Assembly (NCBI GenBank): GCA_016700095.1
Contig: CP065002.1
Span: forward strand, 304,463 to 368,462
Direction of reading: 5' to 3'
Origin: Candidatus Woesebacteria bacterium
GTDB taxonomy: Bacteria > Patescibacteriota > Microgenomatia > UBA8517
Length of the DNA stretch: 64,000 nucleotides
The position numbers were made by a program, and so were the translations under genes. Of this stretch, positions 30,930 through 42,272 are shown piece by piece. Every line of letters begins with the position of its first letter. Positions within the stretch are counted from its first letter, which is position 1. A model generated the notes under the pieces. The model was not told the origin of the DNA and made no database searches. It worked only from the letters and a program-made list of their open reading frames with translations.

Positions 30930-32576
30930 ATGCTCGGGAAAGTATTTGATAAGTTATTACATGAAAACGAAGAAGAGATCGTGGGACAACCGGTGAATGC
31001 ACATCATCCCGATCATAAAAATGAGATTATTAAGCCTAAAAAGTTCAATAGAAAAAACGTCCTCACAGCACTTGTTATTTTTTCTCTGGCTGTAGCAATT
31101 AGATTTTTAAGTTTATATTTCGTGACTGACCCTCAAAATGCAGGTGCCGAAGTTTGGTACTCAGACGTATATCATCATTGGCAAATTGCCTATTTATCCA
31201 AGACAATCGGTTTCGACAGGGGTTTTCTCAGGCTGTGGGATCTGAAGGGGATGGAATATTTCTGGGGTTTGATGCATCCTTTAATTGGAGCACTTCTTAT
31301 TACGTTAACCGGCTCGACAAGTATTTTGGTATTTCGCATCTTGTCGCTTGTTATGGGGTCATTTTCTGTCGTACTAATTTTTTTACTCGGAAGAAGGTAT
31401 TGGAATTATCAAGTCGGGCTCGCCGCCGCGGTTTTTGCACTCTTTAATCCTGTCGGTATATTTAATGACGCCTCGGGGATGGTAGAGCCCTTGGGGATTT
31501 TTCTAATGCTTTTGGGGATATATTTCTTACCTTTAATACCACTTCTTTCCGGATGTTTATTAGCGATGGCGTCGATGACACGAGCGGAATATTGGATATT
31601 AAGTCTGATTGTTCTAGTCGGGGCGATATTTCTAACTCACAAAAAACATCTGGGTGACAAAACATTTTTATTCATCGGTTATCTGATCCCGATAGTTTTT
31701 TATATGAAATATTTGTTAAATTGGACAGGCAACGCGATTTATCCGGTTTGGTGGAACTACTTAGGCAATGCCAAGGGCGATTGGCAGGCAAATATTCCAC
31801 CAACACTTGAGCAACTCATGGTTCAAAAGATCTACTGGGCAATTGCGATAGTTTCTTTATTTGGGCTTTTTGCGATACTTGTGAAACGACCTCGGTTTAC
31901 CCCGCTCGCATTATTTGGTTTGGGTAATTGGTTTATGTGGGGAGTCGTTATCGGCATGACGAAGTATCTCTTGTCGTATTTACCGAGATTCTGGGTGGAC
32001 AGAATTATGATTTGGCCGTATATGTTTCTTGGGCTAACGATTGCAGTTATCCTTTTTTATTTTCTACCGAAAAAAATACTTAAACATACTTCAATTTATA
32101 CTTCTGTTCTGGGATGGGGAATTGTTGTTGTCATTGTGTTTATTGCTCAGTTTGCATGGATGACTATTCATAAATATTATGATCCGACCCACAAATACTG
32201 GGATAATTTTGCGGCTATTGCTGATGAATTTTCACAAGTAGATACGAAAGATGGGAAAGTACTTCTGCCTCCGGATTATCCGCCGTTAGTATATATGCTT
32301 GTAGAAAAACAAGGTCTTACAGGTGACAGGATAGTCGGGCAGATGTTTGACCCGTTTTATTATTTGGAAAAGGACGTCTTTACCAACTGGACATATAACC
32401 GCGACAGCGTGCTTGATTGGTTTAGTGAAGAAGATATCAGGCTTGTATTTTTCTTTGGTAATAACGAAAATTATAAAAGATTAGTCAAAACGGAACCTGA
32501 AATATTTAATCTGGTTAAGTATGATGAAACGCGAAATTTAAGTTTTTATGAAGTCAGATTGGAAAATATCGATTAA
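30930..32576 (+). CDS. Polytopic membrane protein, GT-C-fold (PMT/ArnT-like) glycosyltransferase candidate (548 aa)
   Basis: About 12 TM helices with loops of the architecture seen in lipid-linked-sugar transferases. Assigned by topology only. Confidence 0.4.
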   Translation: MLGKVFDKLLHENEEEIVGQPVNAHHPDHKNEIIKPKKFNRKNVLTALVIFSLAVAIRFLSLYFVTDPQNAGAEVWYSDVYHHWQIAYLSKTIGFDRGFLRLWDLKGMEYFWGLMHPLIGALLITLTGSTSILVFRILSLVMGSFSVVLIFLLGRRYWNYQVGLAAAVFALFNPVGIFNDASGMVEPLGIFLMLLGIYFLPLIPLLSGCLLAMASMTRAEYWILSLIVLVGAIFLTHKKHLGDKTFLFIGYLIPIVFYMKYLLNWTGNAIYPVWWNYLGNAKGDWQANIPPTLEQLMVQKIYWAIAIVSLFGLFAILVKRPRFTPLALFGLGNWFMWGVVIGMTKYLLSYLPRFWVDRIMIWPYMFLGLTIAVILFYFLPKKILKHTSIYTSVLGWGIVVVIVFIAQFAWMTIHKYYDPTHKYWDNFAAIADEFSQVDTKDGKVLLPPDYPPLVYMLVEKQGLTGDRIVGQMFDPFYYLEKDVFTNWTYNRDSVLDWFSEEDIRLVFFFGNNENYKRLVKTEPEIFNLVKYDETRNLSFYEVRLENID

Positions 32577-32582
32577 TGAAAT

Positions 32583-33380
32583 ATGGCAAAGCAAGTGGTT
32601 AGAAATTGGGGAATAGAAAAGATTGAATTGTCACCGTGGTACTTCAATTCCCTTAGATTAAAATATGCACTCGAAGCAATAAAAGGTACAAAAGGAAAGC
32701 TTTTAGAAGTGGGGGCGGGTGCGGGAGCTTTTTCGAAGTCCATCAAAAAGCACTGTCCGGACTTGGAAGTAACTGCATCGGATATTGAGACATCACTTTT
32801 GGATTTAGGTAAGGGAATCTGCAACGAAATAAATTTTGTCAAAGCAGATGTGTGTAATCTTCCTTTCAAAAATAATGCCTTCCAAGCGATTGTATCCTTT
32901 GATGTCTTTGAACACATTGACAACCCACACAAGGCGATCAATGAAGTTTATAGAGTATTGGATCGAAAGGGAGTATTTCATTGCGCAACACCGATTGAGG
33001 GGAATATTCTGACTATTCACGGAATAGCTTCTAAATTGAAACTCAATCCCAAAGAAAAATACGCCGGACATGTTCAGCGATACGATACGACAAGTCTTAT
33101 TAAACATTTTTCTGATGCTGGATTTGAAAACATTAAAGTTAATTACAGTGGTCATTATTTTTATCAACTGATGGATTTTTCGTATTTTCTGACTTTAACT
33201 ATTTTCAAAAAGTTTCCCAACAATACCTTTGAAGGCTATATAGAAAATTTACCCAGTGGTACCGGAAAGTCTGGCATGTCGTTATTAAGATCGCTTCTTG
33301 CAACTGTCTGTTTTGTGGAATCATTAATCCTTAAAAACTTTCCCGGACAAATTGCTCATTACACTGCAAGTAAAAAATGA
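32583..33380 (+). CDS. Class I SAM-dependent methyltransferase (265 aa)
   Basis: Motif I 'LLEVGAGAGAFS'. Downstream 'VSFDVFEHIDNP'. Confidence 0.75.
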   Translation: MAKQVVRNWGIEKIELSPWYFNSLRLKYALEAIKGTKGKLLEVGAGAGAFSKSIKKHCPDLEVTASDIETSLLDLGKGICNEINFVKADVCNLPFKNNAFQAIVSFDVFEHIDNPHKAINEVYRVLDRKGVFHCATPIEGNILTIHGIASKLKLNPKEKYAGHVQRYDTTSLIKHFSDAGFENIKVNYSGHYFYQLMDFSYFLTLTIFKKFPNNTFEGYIENLPSGTGKSGMSLLRSLLATVCFVESLILKNFPGQIAHYTASKK

Positions 33381-36300
33381 AAAAAACTGCACATATAATT
33401 TATAAACTGACAAAGGGTGCTTGGGGTTTGGTGTTTTTTGTCGTTGGGGTTGTGATTGTGGCATTGACGGCATATTTTTTGGGTAATTCTTATTTAACCA
33501 ATGTAATGGGTAGTGATTCTTTTTATCATTTATCCAATATTTATTGGTTTGGTGAATATTTTCCTCATATACCCAAGTGGTATCCACTTCAAAACGGGGG
33601 AGTTGTTCCCGTTTGGGGATATCCCTATTTACCATATGCAATCGTGATACTTATTGAACGAATATCCTCACTTTCCTATGTCGGTGCGTACGAACTGTTG
33701 GGATTTTTGTCTATTCCCATTAGTGCAATTGGTTTGTATCTATTTGTTTGGCTGAGAATCAAAAGCCAACCAGCCGCCCTTATCTCATCCGTTCTTTATG
33801 TTTTAGCTCCCATTTCGTGGGTATTTCTTGTTGATTGGGGCTTTTACACCGAGGCAATTTCATTTATGTTTTTCTTCCCGACGTTACTATTTTTTGATTA
33901 CTATATATCAAGCTATGGTGGTAACAGAAAATGGTTACACAGGTTGGCTTTAGTCGGTACGGTTAAATTTCTTGCGTTAACATTTCTGACTCATCCAACC
34001 AGTTTTTTTGTACTTGTCTCGGTCATGGCTTCTTTGGCGTTTGTCAAACACAAAGCTCCAATCACAAAAATTTACCTTAAACTATTTGTATCAATTAAAA
34101 CTACGTTATTTATCGTTCTGCCAACCCTTATGCTTTTAGGGTTTATACTCATCGATTTTTATTCCTACTCAAGCAACACGCCTTTTGGAGGGCTTTCTAA
34201 TTATCGACAAGAAGAATTTCTGGCAACATATCCGACACCTGTTGATTCACTTTTGGGATTGGGCCAAATTCCTGTGACCGACTTTCGAATAGGGCATAGA
34301 AATATCGTAGTTCCACCTGTTGTTTGGGGACCTGCTCTTGTTGGAATATTTATTGCACTATTTTACTCAAACGCTATAGTTGTACTAGGTATATTGGCTT
34401 TTTTACCGGTAGTATTTTTCCGGTTTCCTTTACTTGCGTGGTATGTAATCAAGTATGTTCCATTTTCCGGTTTCGTTTTTCACCATCGGGCCATTTTAAT
34501 TTATATTCGCATGTTGACACCTGTAGTTGCAGGGTTTGGACTATGGGGAATTTTTTATCTGGTCTTTGATAAATCAACATTTTGGATACAAGGTAAAAAG
34601 AAAAGATTGCTTATTTCGCAAGTTGTTGCAGGAATGTCTGGAGTACTGTCTTTGGTTCTTGCTGTTTACTTAATAATCGCTCTTGCCAACAAACCGGTGA
34701 GTTTGTGGAAAAATTCGCACGTGCGGTACGGTCCTAACATAATTGATGCCCGCGATCCGTTTGCGAAAAATACGACAGTTGATTATTGTGAAATGTTACA
34801 ACCCGGTGATCCGGGTAGGCAAAAAGCATGTGACTTGAAATATGTAACGCAAAACTTGGACGTAAACAAAATGCTTGAGGCGTGTTTACAAAATAGCGAT
34901 ACGGAGTCGAATAATTTTTGTACATTGTTAGAAGAGGGAAAAATAAACGAAGCCGACGTTGAAAATTTCGTTCAAGAATGTAAAGCCGGTAAACATGCAA
35001 AGTTATGTGAACATTCGTATTTCCTTACAAGTAGCGAACAATTTTCAAAGATATATGATTTTCGAACATGGCCGCGAATTGCGATAAATAATAATTTGCC
35101 AAACCCGCTCAGCCGTTTTTCAAACTTTATCAAAGAAAACGATAACACCAATCTGCGAATCGACGTTTCTCCTTACTTGGGCGGAGTTGTGCAGACGATG
35201 AATCTTGAAAGTAAGATTAGCATGATCAATCTATATGCTATAACGCTTTCTAAACTTGGTCCGTATTGGGGTTATGAACAACAAGTGTTTTTCTCGGAAA
35301 ATGTAGGTAATACAGGCAATGTAAACAATCTCGCCGATTGGTTTGGTATTAAATATTTATTCCTTGAAGATAAATTAGACTTCATACCAAAATATGAAAA
35401 TGATTCCGACAGATGGGAAAAAGTTGATGATGCAGGGGTGTGGAAAAATAAACGTCCACTTGAGCTTTATTCATGGACAGTAGAAAAGCCAAGGATTTTG
35501 GTAATCGGATCGGCGGAAAAAAGAGCTTACGAACCGGTTTTCAGAACCGCTGTTGATGGTGGCTTTGATTACGAAGACGGTTGGTTGATACTTGGTAAGG
35601 AAAATATAGACGATTATTCCGAAAAAGAATTGGCGAAATTCGACACCGTTGTTTTGTATGGCTATAAGTACAAAAACAAAAACAAAGCCCACGCACTTTT
35701 AGATACATTTGTAAAAGAAGGCGGAAACGTGTTTATTAGTGGTGGATGGCAGTACGAAGATGCCGATTGGAATAGCGAAAATCTTCCCGATTTTTTTCCT
35801 GTTCACGGACTAATGTGGGAATCACATATTGATAAGACGAGTAAACTTAAAATCGTTGACAAAGAAATTGGCGGCGACTTGTCGGATGAAATTTTTTCAC
35901 CTTTAGTGTGGTCAAATGAATCGTGGGGAGTGTCTGTTCCAAGTGATATTCCCGGATGGGCAAAAGTAGTTTTGGAAGCCGACAACAAACCGTTAGTTGT
36001 GGCAGGGGAATATGGAGAAGGGAAGGTAATTTGGACAGGTATAAACTTACTGGGACACATTAATACTTACAAAAATTATGAGGAAGGACAATTTTTCGGC
36101 AACTTATTAAAATGGTTTGGCGAGGGAGATATCACCGAAGAGATATCGCAAACCAAAAACATCACCTTGGTCCGTACGGACCCGGACGAGGTTAATTTTA
36201 AGTTTACCGCTTCCACGGACAAAGAATCGACTTTATATTGGCGAGAAACAGAATACGAAAAATGGCAAGCAAATCTTATTAGAGCAAACGGAAAGAGGGA

Positions 36301-36586
36301 AAAAATTAATATCTACAGAGCAGGACCGGGATTTATGTTGATGGTTTTACCGGAAATTAAAGAAGGGGACGAGATCATTCTGAAGTTTTCAACCGGTTTA
36401 ACAACCATCGTGGGTATGTTACTGAGCAGTTGTGCAGTTTTGATACTCCTAATTTATTTATGTGTGGGAGAAAAGTTAAAACCCATAATCGATACGAAAC
36501 TAACACAAGTTAAACCCGGCATAGGACATAAAATTACAAATAGAAAGGTATTTACCAATAAGGTTAATGAGGATTTTGATTATTAA
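33377..36586 (+). CDS. Large YfhO-like ('6-pyruvoyl-tetrahydropterin-synthase-related') polytopic membrane protein, 1069 aa
   Basis: Start overlaps the methyltransferase stop (ATGA). About 430 aa N-terminal multi-TM region, ~580 aa soluble region, single C-terminal TM 'TIVGMLLSSCAVLILLIYLCV'. Paralogous to 36623..39616, e.g. 'VVLYGYKYKNKNKAHALLDTFVKEGGNVFISGGWQYEDADW'. Confidence 0.55.
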   Translation: MKKTAHIIYKLTKGAWGLVFFVVGVVIVALTAYFLGNSYLTNVMGSDSFYHLSNIYWFGEYFPHIPKWYPLQNGGVVPVWGYPYLPYAIVILIERISSLSYVGAYELLGFLSIPISAIGLYLFVWLRIKSQPAALISSVLYVLAPISWVFLVDWGFYTEAISFMFFFPTLLFFDYYISSYGGNRKWLHRLALVGTVKFLALTFLTHPTSFFVLVSVMASLAFVKHKAPITKIYLKLFVSIKTTLFIVLPTLMLLGFILIDFYSYSSNTPFGGLSNYRQEEFLATYPTPVDSLLGLGQIPVTDFRIGHRNIVVPPVVWGPALVGIFIALFYSNAIVVLGILAFLPVVFFRFPLLAWYVIKYVPFSGFVFHHRAILIYIRMLTPVVAGFGLWGIFYLVFDKSTFWIQGKKKRLLISQVVAGMSGVLSLVLAVYLIIALANKPVSLWKNSHVRYGPNIIDARDPFAKNTTVDYCEMLQPGDPGRQKACDLKYVTQNLDVNKMLEACLQNSDTESNNFCTLLEEGKINEADVENFVQECKAGKHAKLCEHSYFLTSSEQFSKIYDFRTWPRIAINNNLPNPLSRFSNFIKENDNTNLRIDVSPYLGGVVQTMNLESKISMINLYAITLSKLGPYWGYEQQVFFSENVGNTGNVNNLADWFGIKYLFLEDKLDFIPKYENDSDRWEKVDDAGVWKNKRPLELYSWTVEKPRILVIGSAEKRAYEPVFRTAVDGGFDYEDGWLILGKENIDDYSEKELAKFDTVVLYGYKYKNKNKAHALLDTFVKEGGNVFISGGWQYEDADWNSENLPDFFPVHGLMWESHIDKTSKLKIVDKEIGGDLSDEIFSPLVWSNESWGVSVPSDIPGWAKVVLEADNKPLVVAGEYGEGKVIWTGINLLGHINTYKNYEEGQFFGNLLKWFGEGDITEEISQTKNITLVRTDPDEVNFKFTASTDKESTLYWRETEYEKWQANLIRANGKREKINIYRAGPGFMLMVLPEIKEGDEIILKFSTGLTTIVGMLLSSCAVLILLIYLCVGEKLKPIIDTKLTQVKPGIGHKITNRKVFTNKVNEDFDY

Positions 36587-36622
36587 ATAAATGAGAAAGT
36601 GCGACCTGACAAAACGCCTTAA

Positions 36623-39616
36623 ATGGTATACGGGAATAATATGCGAATACTTAAAAAAATAATACTAAATATTTCGTCGGTTGGTGTATTTTGTATTGCC
36701 GTTTGTGCAATCTTTATCGTCGCCGATGCTTTTGCGAGGCCAATTCTGACCGGCAAAGCGGGCGAAAACGTTAATCAATTAATTGGTAACGATAGTGGTT
36801 TTGCGTTGTCTTTGGTTTATTGGTTTAACCGCTTTTATCCCGAAATTCCAATTTGGTATCCGCTTCAAGGAATGGGCGTGAGTCTTTTCTACAGCTATCC
36901 GATGTTGACAACATTTTCGATAATTATTATCGATAGATTTAGTGATCTATCGGCTGTGCAAGTCTTTAGATTGCTAAGTTTTCTTGCATTTCCACTTACC
37001 GCGATTGGTGTATATTTTTTTACTTGGACTAGATTTAAAAATTCGGTGATATCCTTTGCTGCTGCAATATTTTATTTAATTTCTCAGGCTGTGTGGTTAT
37101 TCCAAACACTGCATGGAATTTTTGCTCAGAGTTTTTCGATGGTTTTTGTTCCCGTTACCCTGGCGTTCTTTGGGCTATATCTGGATAAAACCTTACAGTA
37201 TAAGTCAACAAGCTATCAAAAAAGACTGTTTTTTGCAATAACCTGTCTTTTATTGGCGGTAACTTTTCTGACCCATGTCGTTACGGGAACACTTGTATCT
37301 TTGACGATTCTTGTTTGGGGAACGGTAAGATATATGTTACGTAGCCAACAAGTACGACTCCGAGAAGCAATTGTGAACGCTGTTGGTGGACTAAGTCGTT
37401 CACTGCCCGTTGTTGTTTTGGGGGTTGGTGTTTCAGCTTTCTGGTTTATTCCCTTTAGTTCATATACCGCCCTTGCGAACAAAGAAGGTTTAAATACGAT
37501 GGGCGTATCCCAGTTGCAAGAAGTATCACTTAAAATTTCAACCTTACTTGGTATGGGTGCAATGGGGCAGGGAGATTTGCGGTATGACTTTTTCTTTTTT
37601 GCTTCTCCAGTCTTAATATTTTTTGTCGTAGGCAGTATTTCTGCGGTACTGCTAAAAAAGAAAACACTTATTGTATTAAGTCTTATTGCAATATTTTTTG
37701 TTAGTCTTACAACTATCCCGCTTTACTTACCCGGGCTTGTCGGTTTGTTTAAGTACTTTTTTACCGGTGTTTATTTCAGGGGTTTGATTCCCGTTTTTAT
37801 ACTTTTACCCATCGTAGCCGCCTGGGGAGTTTGGTCGGTGTTTGAAATTCTAATTGCACTACCAATAGATAGGTTCAATCGAATGTTGCCCCAAAATGCG
37901 GGAACGAAAATATTAGCGAAATTTATTGCAGTTTTTGGAAAAGTATCTCAGTACTTTTTGACGATACTCGTTGTTACTTTGTCAATATTGCATTTAGGGC
38001 ATACACCACCACCCGGCAAATATCAATTTCAACCATACGGACCGGCTTTGACTAATGATTTTGATAATTTGTTGGATAACCCGGTTAATTATCTGTCAAG
38101 TATAAGTAAATCAGAAATAAATCCGGCAGGTTTAGAAAAGAAAGCGAATTTGAACGACGAAATTGATAAAATACTGGAAATTGACGACCGCACTGTTTTA
38201 GATGTTTCTCCCTTTGCGGCGGGTGGAGCCATAGTTCAAGGAGCAGGCTTAACAAGTGACACTAGGTGGGCGAACCTTTACCATTATTATGCGTCACTAA
38301 TTCATGGCATGTGGGGTTATCAAGCAGGAGTCTTTTTTGGTCAAGAACCTTTATATAAAGCTAAGAATTTACTGGAGGACTTGTCCCACTGGTATGGGTT
38401 CAAGTATGTTGTCGTCGTCGACGGGTTTGATCCGATTCAAGAAAAGTACGAACCTTTGGGCTGGAAGCGTGTTAGTATTTTTAGTGACAGAAACGGTGAA
38501 ATTTGGGAAAATCCCGCAGCAGAAGGACTTTACACTTTAACTTCACGTCCAAGTGTATTGGTTATTACTAATGAGAAAAAGGGTGGTTATGATCAAGTTT
38601 TTAGATCTGCAAATTTGGGTGCTCTGAGTTACGAGAATGCTATAATAATTAAAGGTGATAGTAATAGGATTGATGATTACACCTTGGAGGATCTGGCAAA
38701 ATTTTCAGGTATAATCGCGCACGGATATTCATATAAAAATAAATCACGAGCATGGTCACTTCTAAATGACTACGTAGAAAGCGGTGGATTTTTATTCATC
38801 GATACAGGCTGGCAATATGTGGCTCGGGATTGGGAATCGGTATCCGACATTAGTAAGTTCCAACCCAATTTGCTACCTGTGACCGACACGGCGTTAGGTG
38901 AGGTGGGAACTGATTGGAACACTATACATGTTGCACGCAACATAACTTATAATTCGACCGATTTTGATCCTCTGGTTTGGGATAAAAATCCTTGGGGGAT
39001 ATCCTTAGCGGATAAAATAGATTTGGCTCAGGATTCCGAGGCTTTGATTTGGACAGACGACAAAGTACTTATGGCCAAAAGAAAGGTTGGTAAAGGAACC
39101 GTTGTCTGGTCTGGTATGAATATATTTTCTCACATAACGCAAAAAATGAACGAAGATGAAGCCGATATGCTGAAAAGTATTTTGGCGGAAATATATGCGG
39201 GCAAAGAAAACATTACTTACGAGAATGTTGGGTATACAAGGAATAATCCCGACACGATAGAATTTGATTTGCCGAAAACGGATAAGCCGGCGTGGTTAAT
39301 TTTTCGAGAGAGTGTCAGTCCGTACTGGAAAATTGAAAATAACGATGAAAAGGTGGATTACTTTACTGGAGGTCCGGGTTTTGTTGTCGTTTATGTTCCA
39401 CAGTCGTCATTAAATCAAAAAATTGATCTGATGGTAAAACTTAATTTCAAAGACGGAATCTTTGCAAAAAGCGTAACCTTATCATCGCTAATAATATTAT
39501 GTCTATATTTATTTATTGGCGATAAATTTAAGCTGCCCGGTGGAGAGAAAGTAAAAAAACATGCCACGAGTATTCGAAAACATATCGGCAATAATAGCGA
39601 GGAGGACGAATATTGA
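36623..39616 (+). CDS. YfhO-like polytopic membrane protein paralog, 997 aa
   Basis: Same topology as the 33377 paralog. 'IIAHGYSYKNKSRAWSLLNDYVESGGFLFIDTGWQYVARDW'. C-terminal TM 'LSSLIILCLYLFIG'. Confidence 0.55.
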   Translation: MVYGNNMRILKKIILNISSVGVFCIAVCAIFIVADAFARPILTGKAGENVNQLIGNDSGFALSLVYWFNRFYPEIPIWYPLQGMGVSLFYSYPMLTTFSIIIIDRFSDLSAVQVFRLLSFLAFPLTAIGVYFFTWTRFKNSVISFAAAIFYLISQAVWLFQTLHGIFAQSFSMVFVPVTLAFFGLYLDKTLQYKSTSYQKRLFFAITCLLLAVTFLTHVVTGTLVSLTILVWGTVRYMLRSQQVRLREAIVNAVGGLSRSLPVVVLGVGVSAFWFIPFSSYTALANKEGLNTMGVSQLQEVSLKISTLLGMGAMGQGDLRYDFFFFASPVLIFFVVGSISAVLLKKKTLIVLSLIAIFFVSLTTIPLYLPGLVGLFKYFFTGVYFRGLIPVFILLPIVAAWGVWSVFEILIALPIDRFNRMLPQNAGTKILAKFIAVFGKVSQYFLTILVVTLSILHLGHTPPPGKYQFQPYGPALTNDFDNLLDNPVNYLSSISKSEINPAGLEKKANLNDEIDKILEIDDRTVLDVSPFAAGGAIVQGAGLTSDTRWANLYHYYASLIHGMWGYQAGVFFGQEPLYKAKNLLEDLSHWYGFKYVVVVDGFDPIQEKYEPLGWKRVSIFSDRNGEIWENPAAEGLYTLTSRPSVLVITNEKKGGYDQVFRSANLGALSYENAIIIKGDSNRIDDYTLEDLAKFSGIIAHGYSYKNKSRAWSLLNDYVESGGFLFIDTGWQYVARDWESVSDISKFQPNLLPVTDTALGEVGTDWNTIHVARNITYNSTDFDPLVWDKNPWGISLADKIDLAQDSEALIWTDDKVLMAKRKVGKGTVVWSGMNIFSHITQKMNEDEADMLKSILAEIYAGKENITYENVGYTRNNPDTIEFDLPKTDKPAWLIFRESVSPYWKIENNDEKVDYFTGGPGFVVVYVPQSSLNQKIDLMVKLNFKDGIFAKSVTLSSLIILCLYLFIGDKFKLPGGEKVKKHATSIRKHIGNNSEEDEY

Positions 39617-40776
39617 TGAAAAAACCAACTCTGGTCGTTCTTAGGGGTGTGTGTCCTCGGATGTCGGAAATTTTTTATTATTCAAAGTTTTCTAATTTCA
39701 ACATCATTTTTGCAGGGGACAGCTCAACCGGTTGGATAGTAAAAAGTAAAATTCCAAGCAATATTAGTTTTGTTGATTTGAAACTTAAACCACGGTGGGG
39801 ATGGGATCCGGTTACGAGTATTTTGGGAAAATCTCACGTTCACAGGTCGTGGCAAATATCTGATCAGCTGGATAAATATATTAAAACTGCCGATATTGTA
39901 AATATTTCCGACACTTTTTATTTTTATTGCGGTCAGAGTGCAAATTACTGCAGGAAGTATGGAAAAAAACTTGTTCCAATTGTTTGGGAAACTGTACCCA
40001 AGCATTTATCGACATACTTACCACCGTATTCGTGGAATGTAAGAAGTGTTCTGGCTAATAGCAATCATTTTGTCGCCCGAAGCATTAAAGCCAAAAAGTA
40101 CTTGGAAAGTATCGGAGTTGGTGCGCAAAAGATTACCGTAGTTTACAAGGGAATAGATACTCATCATTTTAAACCTGTAAAACGCCCTAAGGGTAGAATT
40201 AGGTTTTTGTACGTTGGGCAATTAATCAAAGAAAAGGGGTTGGTTGAATTGATCGAAGCTTTTGAGATGTTGGCGAGAGAAAGAAATGATATCGAATTAT
40301 TTTTGGCTGGAAAGGCAAACGGGGGACCGCTAACACAATTAATTAATGACAAGAAAAAAACACTTCCTTTAATTGTTAAATCGGAAATCGAATATCACAA
40401 AATGAATAAAGTCTATCAGGATGCCGATATCTACTGCCATTTAAGCCAAGATTGGAGATATGCCGGATTGTTTGCGGGAGGAAACGACTGGTTTCCGTAT
40501 GCCGTAATTGAGGCGATGGCGACGGGGCTTCCTGTTGTTTCAACTGGGGTTGGCGGTATTCCTGAGCAGTTGGGAAATATGGGAAATATTATTGTTAAAC
40601 AAAAAAATATCCTTGATACATATAACGGTATGAAAAAAATTCTTGACGACGAAAAACTTAGGCGAAAATTGGCTCTGCTAAATAGAGATAGAGCAGTTAA
40701 AATGTTTAATATAAAAAAGCAGGCGGCGATCCAGGAGAAGATATTTTTGCAAGTAATTAGTAAACACACGTCTTGA
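39613..40776 (+). CDS. Glycosyltransferase family 1 (387 aa)
   Basis: ATGA overlap with the upstream gene. 'VIEAMATGLPVVSTGVGGIPEQLG' is a GT1 C-terminal motif. Confidence 0.75.
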   Translation: MMKKPTLVVLRGVCPRMSEIFYYSKFSNFNIIFAGDSSTGWIVKSKIPSNISFVDLKLKPRWGWDPVTSILGKSHVHRSWQISDQLDKYIKTADIVNISDTFYFYCGQSANYCRKYGKKLVPIVWETVPKHLSTYLPPYSWNVRSVLANSNHFVARSIKAKKYLESIGVGAQKITVVYKGIDTHHFKPVKRPKGRIRFLYVGQLIKEKGLVELIEAFEMLARERNDIELFLAGKANGGPLTQLINDKKKTLPLIVKSEIEYHKMNKVYQDADIYCHLSQDWRYAGLFAGGNDWFPYAVIEAMATGLPVVSTGVGGIPEQLGNMGNIIVKQKNILDTYNGMKKILDDEKLRRKLALLNRDRAVKMFNIKKQAAIQEKIFLQVISKHTS

Positions 40777-40837
40777 GGGTCGTGGTGAATTGCATTTACA
40801 CTTTGGCAAATGATAAAGGTTGGGTATAAGTTAAATA

Positions 40838-41467
40838 ATGAAAAGCAACAACGCGGTAAAAAAATATTACGCAGGGTGTCATGATAAATGGGACAAAAAA
40901 ACCGAGATTGTATGGAAACTACGAGCGCTCCCATCGAGTATTTACCAGAAAAAAAGATTAATTGATACGGTACGAATACTATATACACTTGATCTTGGAA
41001 CTCCCATTCTTGATGCTCCGTGCGGTGATGGTTATGTTCTCATGCATTTGCCGATGGGGAGTATCGGGATTGATATTGATAAACATCAAGCGGGAATTGC
41101 ACAAAAAAGAGCGCCAAAATCAAAGGTTGTTGTAGGGGACATGGAGAAAATGAAGTTTACGAGAAATTACTTTACGGCAGTAATTACGGCTGAGTTTTTC
41201 GAACATGTTCCCGATGCATCCGGTTATATACGGGAATTATGGCGGGTTTTGAAAAAAGATGGCCTATTTGTCGTTACTGTGCCCAAGTGCCACTTTCTGT
41301 GGAAATTACGAGGTCTGGCAAGCCCGATAGCAAAAACCGAACCGCAGTGTTTAACTTTTACCGAGGAAAAAGTGTATAACCTTTTTTCAGGCTTAAAATA
41401 CAAAAAAATAATGATGCAAGAAATCGCTTGGGGATTAAATTACTTAGTGGTAATAAAAAAGTTATGA
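40838..41467 (+). CDS. Class I SAM-dependent methyltransferase (209 aa)
   Basis: 'ILDAPCGDGYVLMHL' (motif I). 'VITAEFFEHVPD'. Confidence 0.7.
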   Translation: MKSNNAVKKYYAGCHDKWDKKTEIVWKLRALPSSIYQKKRLIDTVRILYTLDLGTPILDAPCGDGYVLMHLPMGSIGIDIDKHQAGIAQKRAPKSKVVVGDMEKMKFTRNYFTAVITAEFFEHVPDASGYIRELWRVLKKDGLFVVTVPKCHFLWKLRGLASPIAKTEPQCLTFTEEKVYNLFSGLKYKKIMMQEIAWGLNYLVVIKKL

Positions 41468-42270
41468 TGAATATTTATGAACATAAATTATGGGGAACAA
41501 ACGAAAGGAAGATTAACCTAACAAGCGGTAGCTATTTGTCGCTAAAATATCTATTTCCTAATTTAACAAACAAAAAATCTAAACTTCTTGATATCGGGTG
41601 TGCCGCAGGAGCCTACACCGCAAGTATTAAAAAATATTTTCCCAAAGTAGATACAACAGGAATTGACATAAGTACGAATTGCATTAAATACGCAAAGAAT
41701 AATTTTCCTAATAACCATTTCGTTATAGGAAACATTGAAAAAATGCCTTTTGCTAAAAATAGCTTTAAATATGTAACGGCAAACCATATTTTAGAACACA
41801 CAAAAAACCCTAAGGATGTAATTTGTGAAGTAAAAAGAGTACTAACGACAAGCGGAATATTTTATTCGGTGACGCCAACGGAGGGAAGTATTTTGACAAT
41901 TATCGGATGGTTAAGAAAGTTTCCCTTCTTTGACAATAATAGAATTAATTACCTTGGACATGTACAAAAATTTACTAAAGAATCATTAATTCAACTGCTT
42001 GAAAATAACGGTTTTGAAATAATTGAAACGAAATGGAGTTGTCACTTTAGTTATCAAATAATTGACGCCTTTTACTATCCGTTTCTGTATTTAATAAATA
42101 AAAACACTCACTTTATGGGAGAAACGCATTTTGGAAAATCAGAAAGTAGGTTAACTAGGAAATTGTTTTGGGCAACTAAAGCATGTTTAAATATACTTTC
42201 AAATTTTGAAAGTATACTTTTGTCACGCGTTCCGGGATTTGCAATTCACATAACGGCAGTAAAGCAATAA
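41464..42270 (+). CDS. Class I SAM-dependent methyltransferase (~268 aa)
   Basis: 'LLDIGCAAGAYTASI' (motif I). 'VTANHILEHTKNP'. Start ATG at 41464 overlaps the upstream stop. The ORF track begins at 41428. Confidence 0.7.
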   Translation: MMNIYEHKLWGTNERKINLTSGSYLSLKYLFPNLTNKKSKLLDIGCAAGAYTASIKKYFPKVDTTGIDISTNCIKYAKNNFPNNHFVIGNIEKMPFAKNSFKYVTANHILEHTKNPKDVICEVKRVLTTSGIFYSVTPTEGSILTIIGWLRKFPFFDNNRINYLGHVQKFTKESLIQLLENNGFEIIETKWSCHFSYQIIDAFYYPFLYLINKNTHFMGETHFGKSESRLTRKLFWATKACLNILSNFESILLSRVPGFAIHITAVKQ

Positions 42271-42272
42271 TT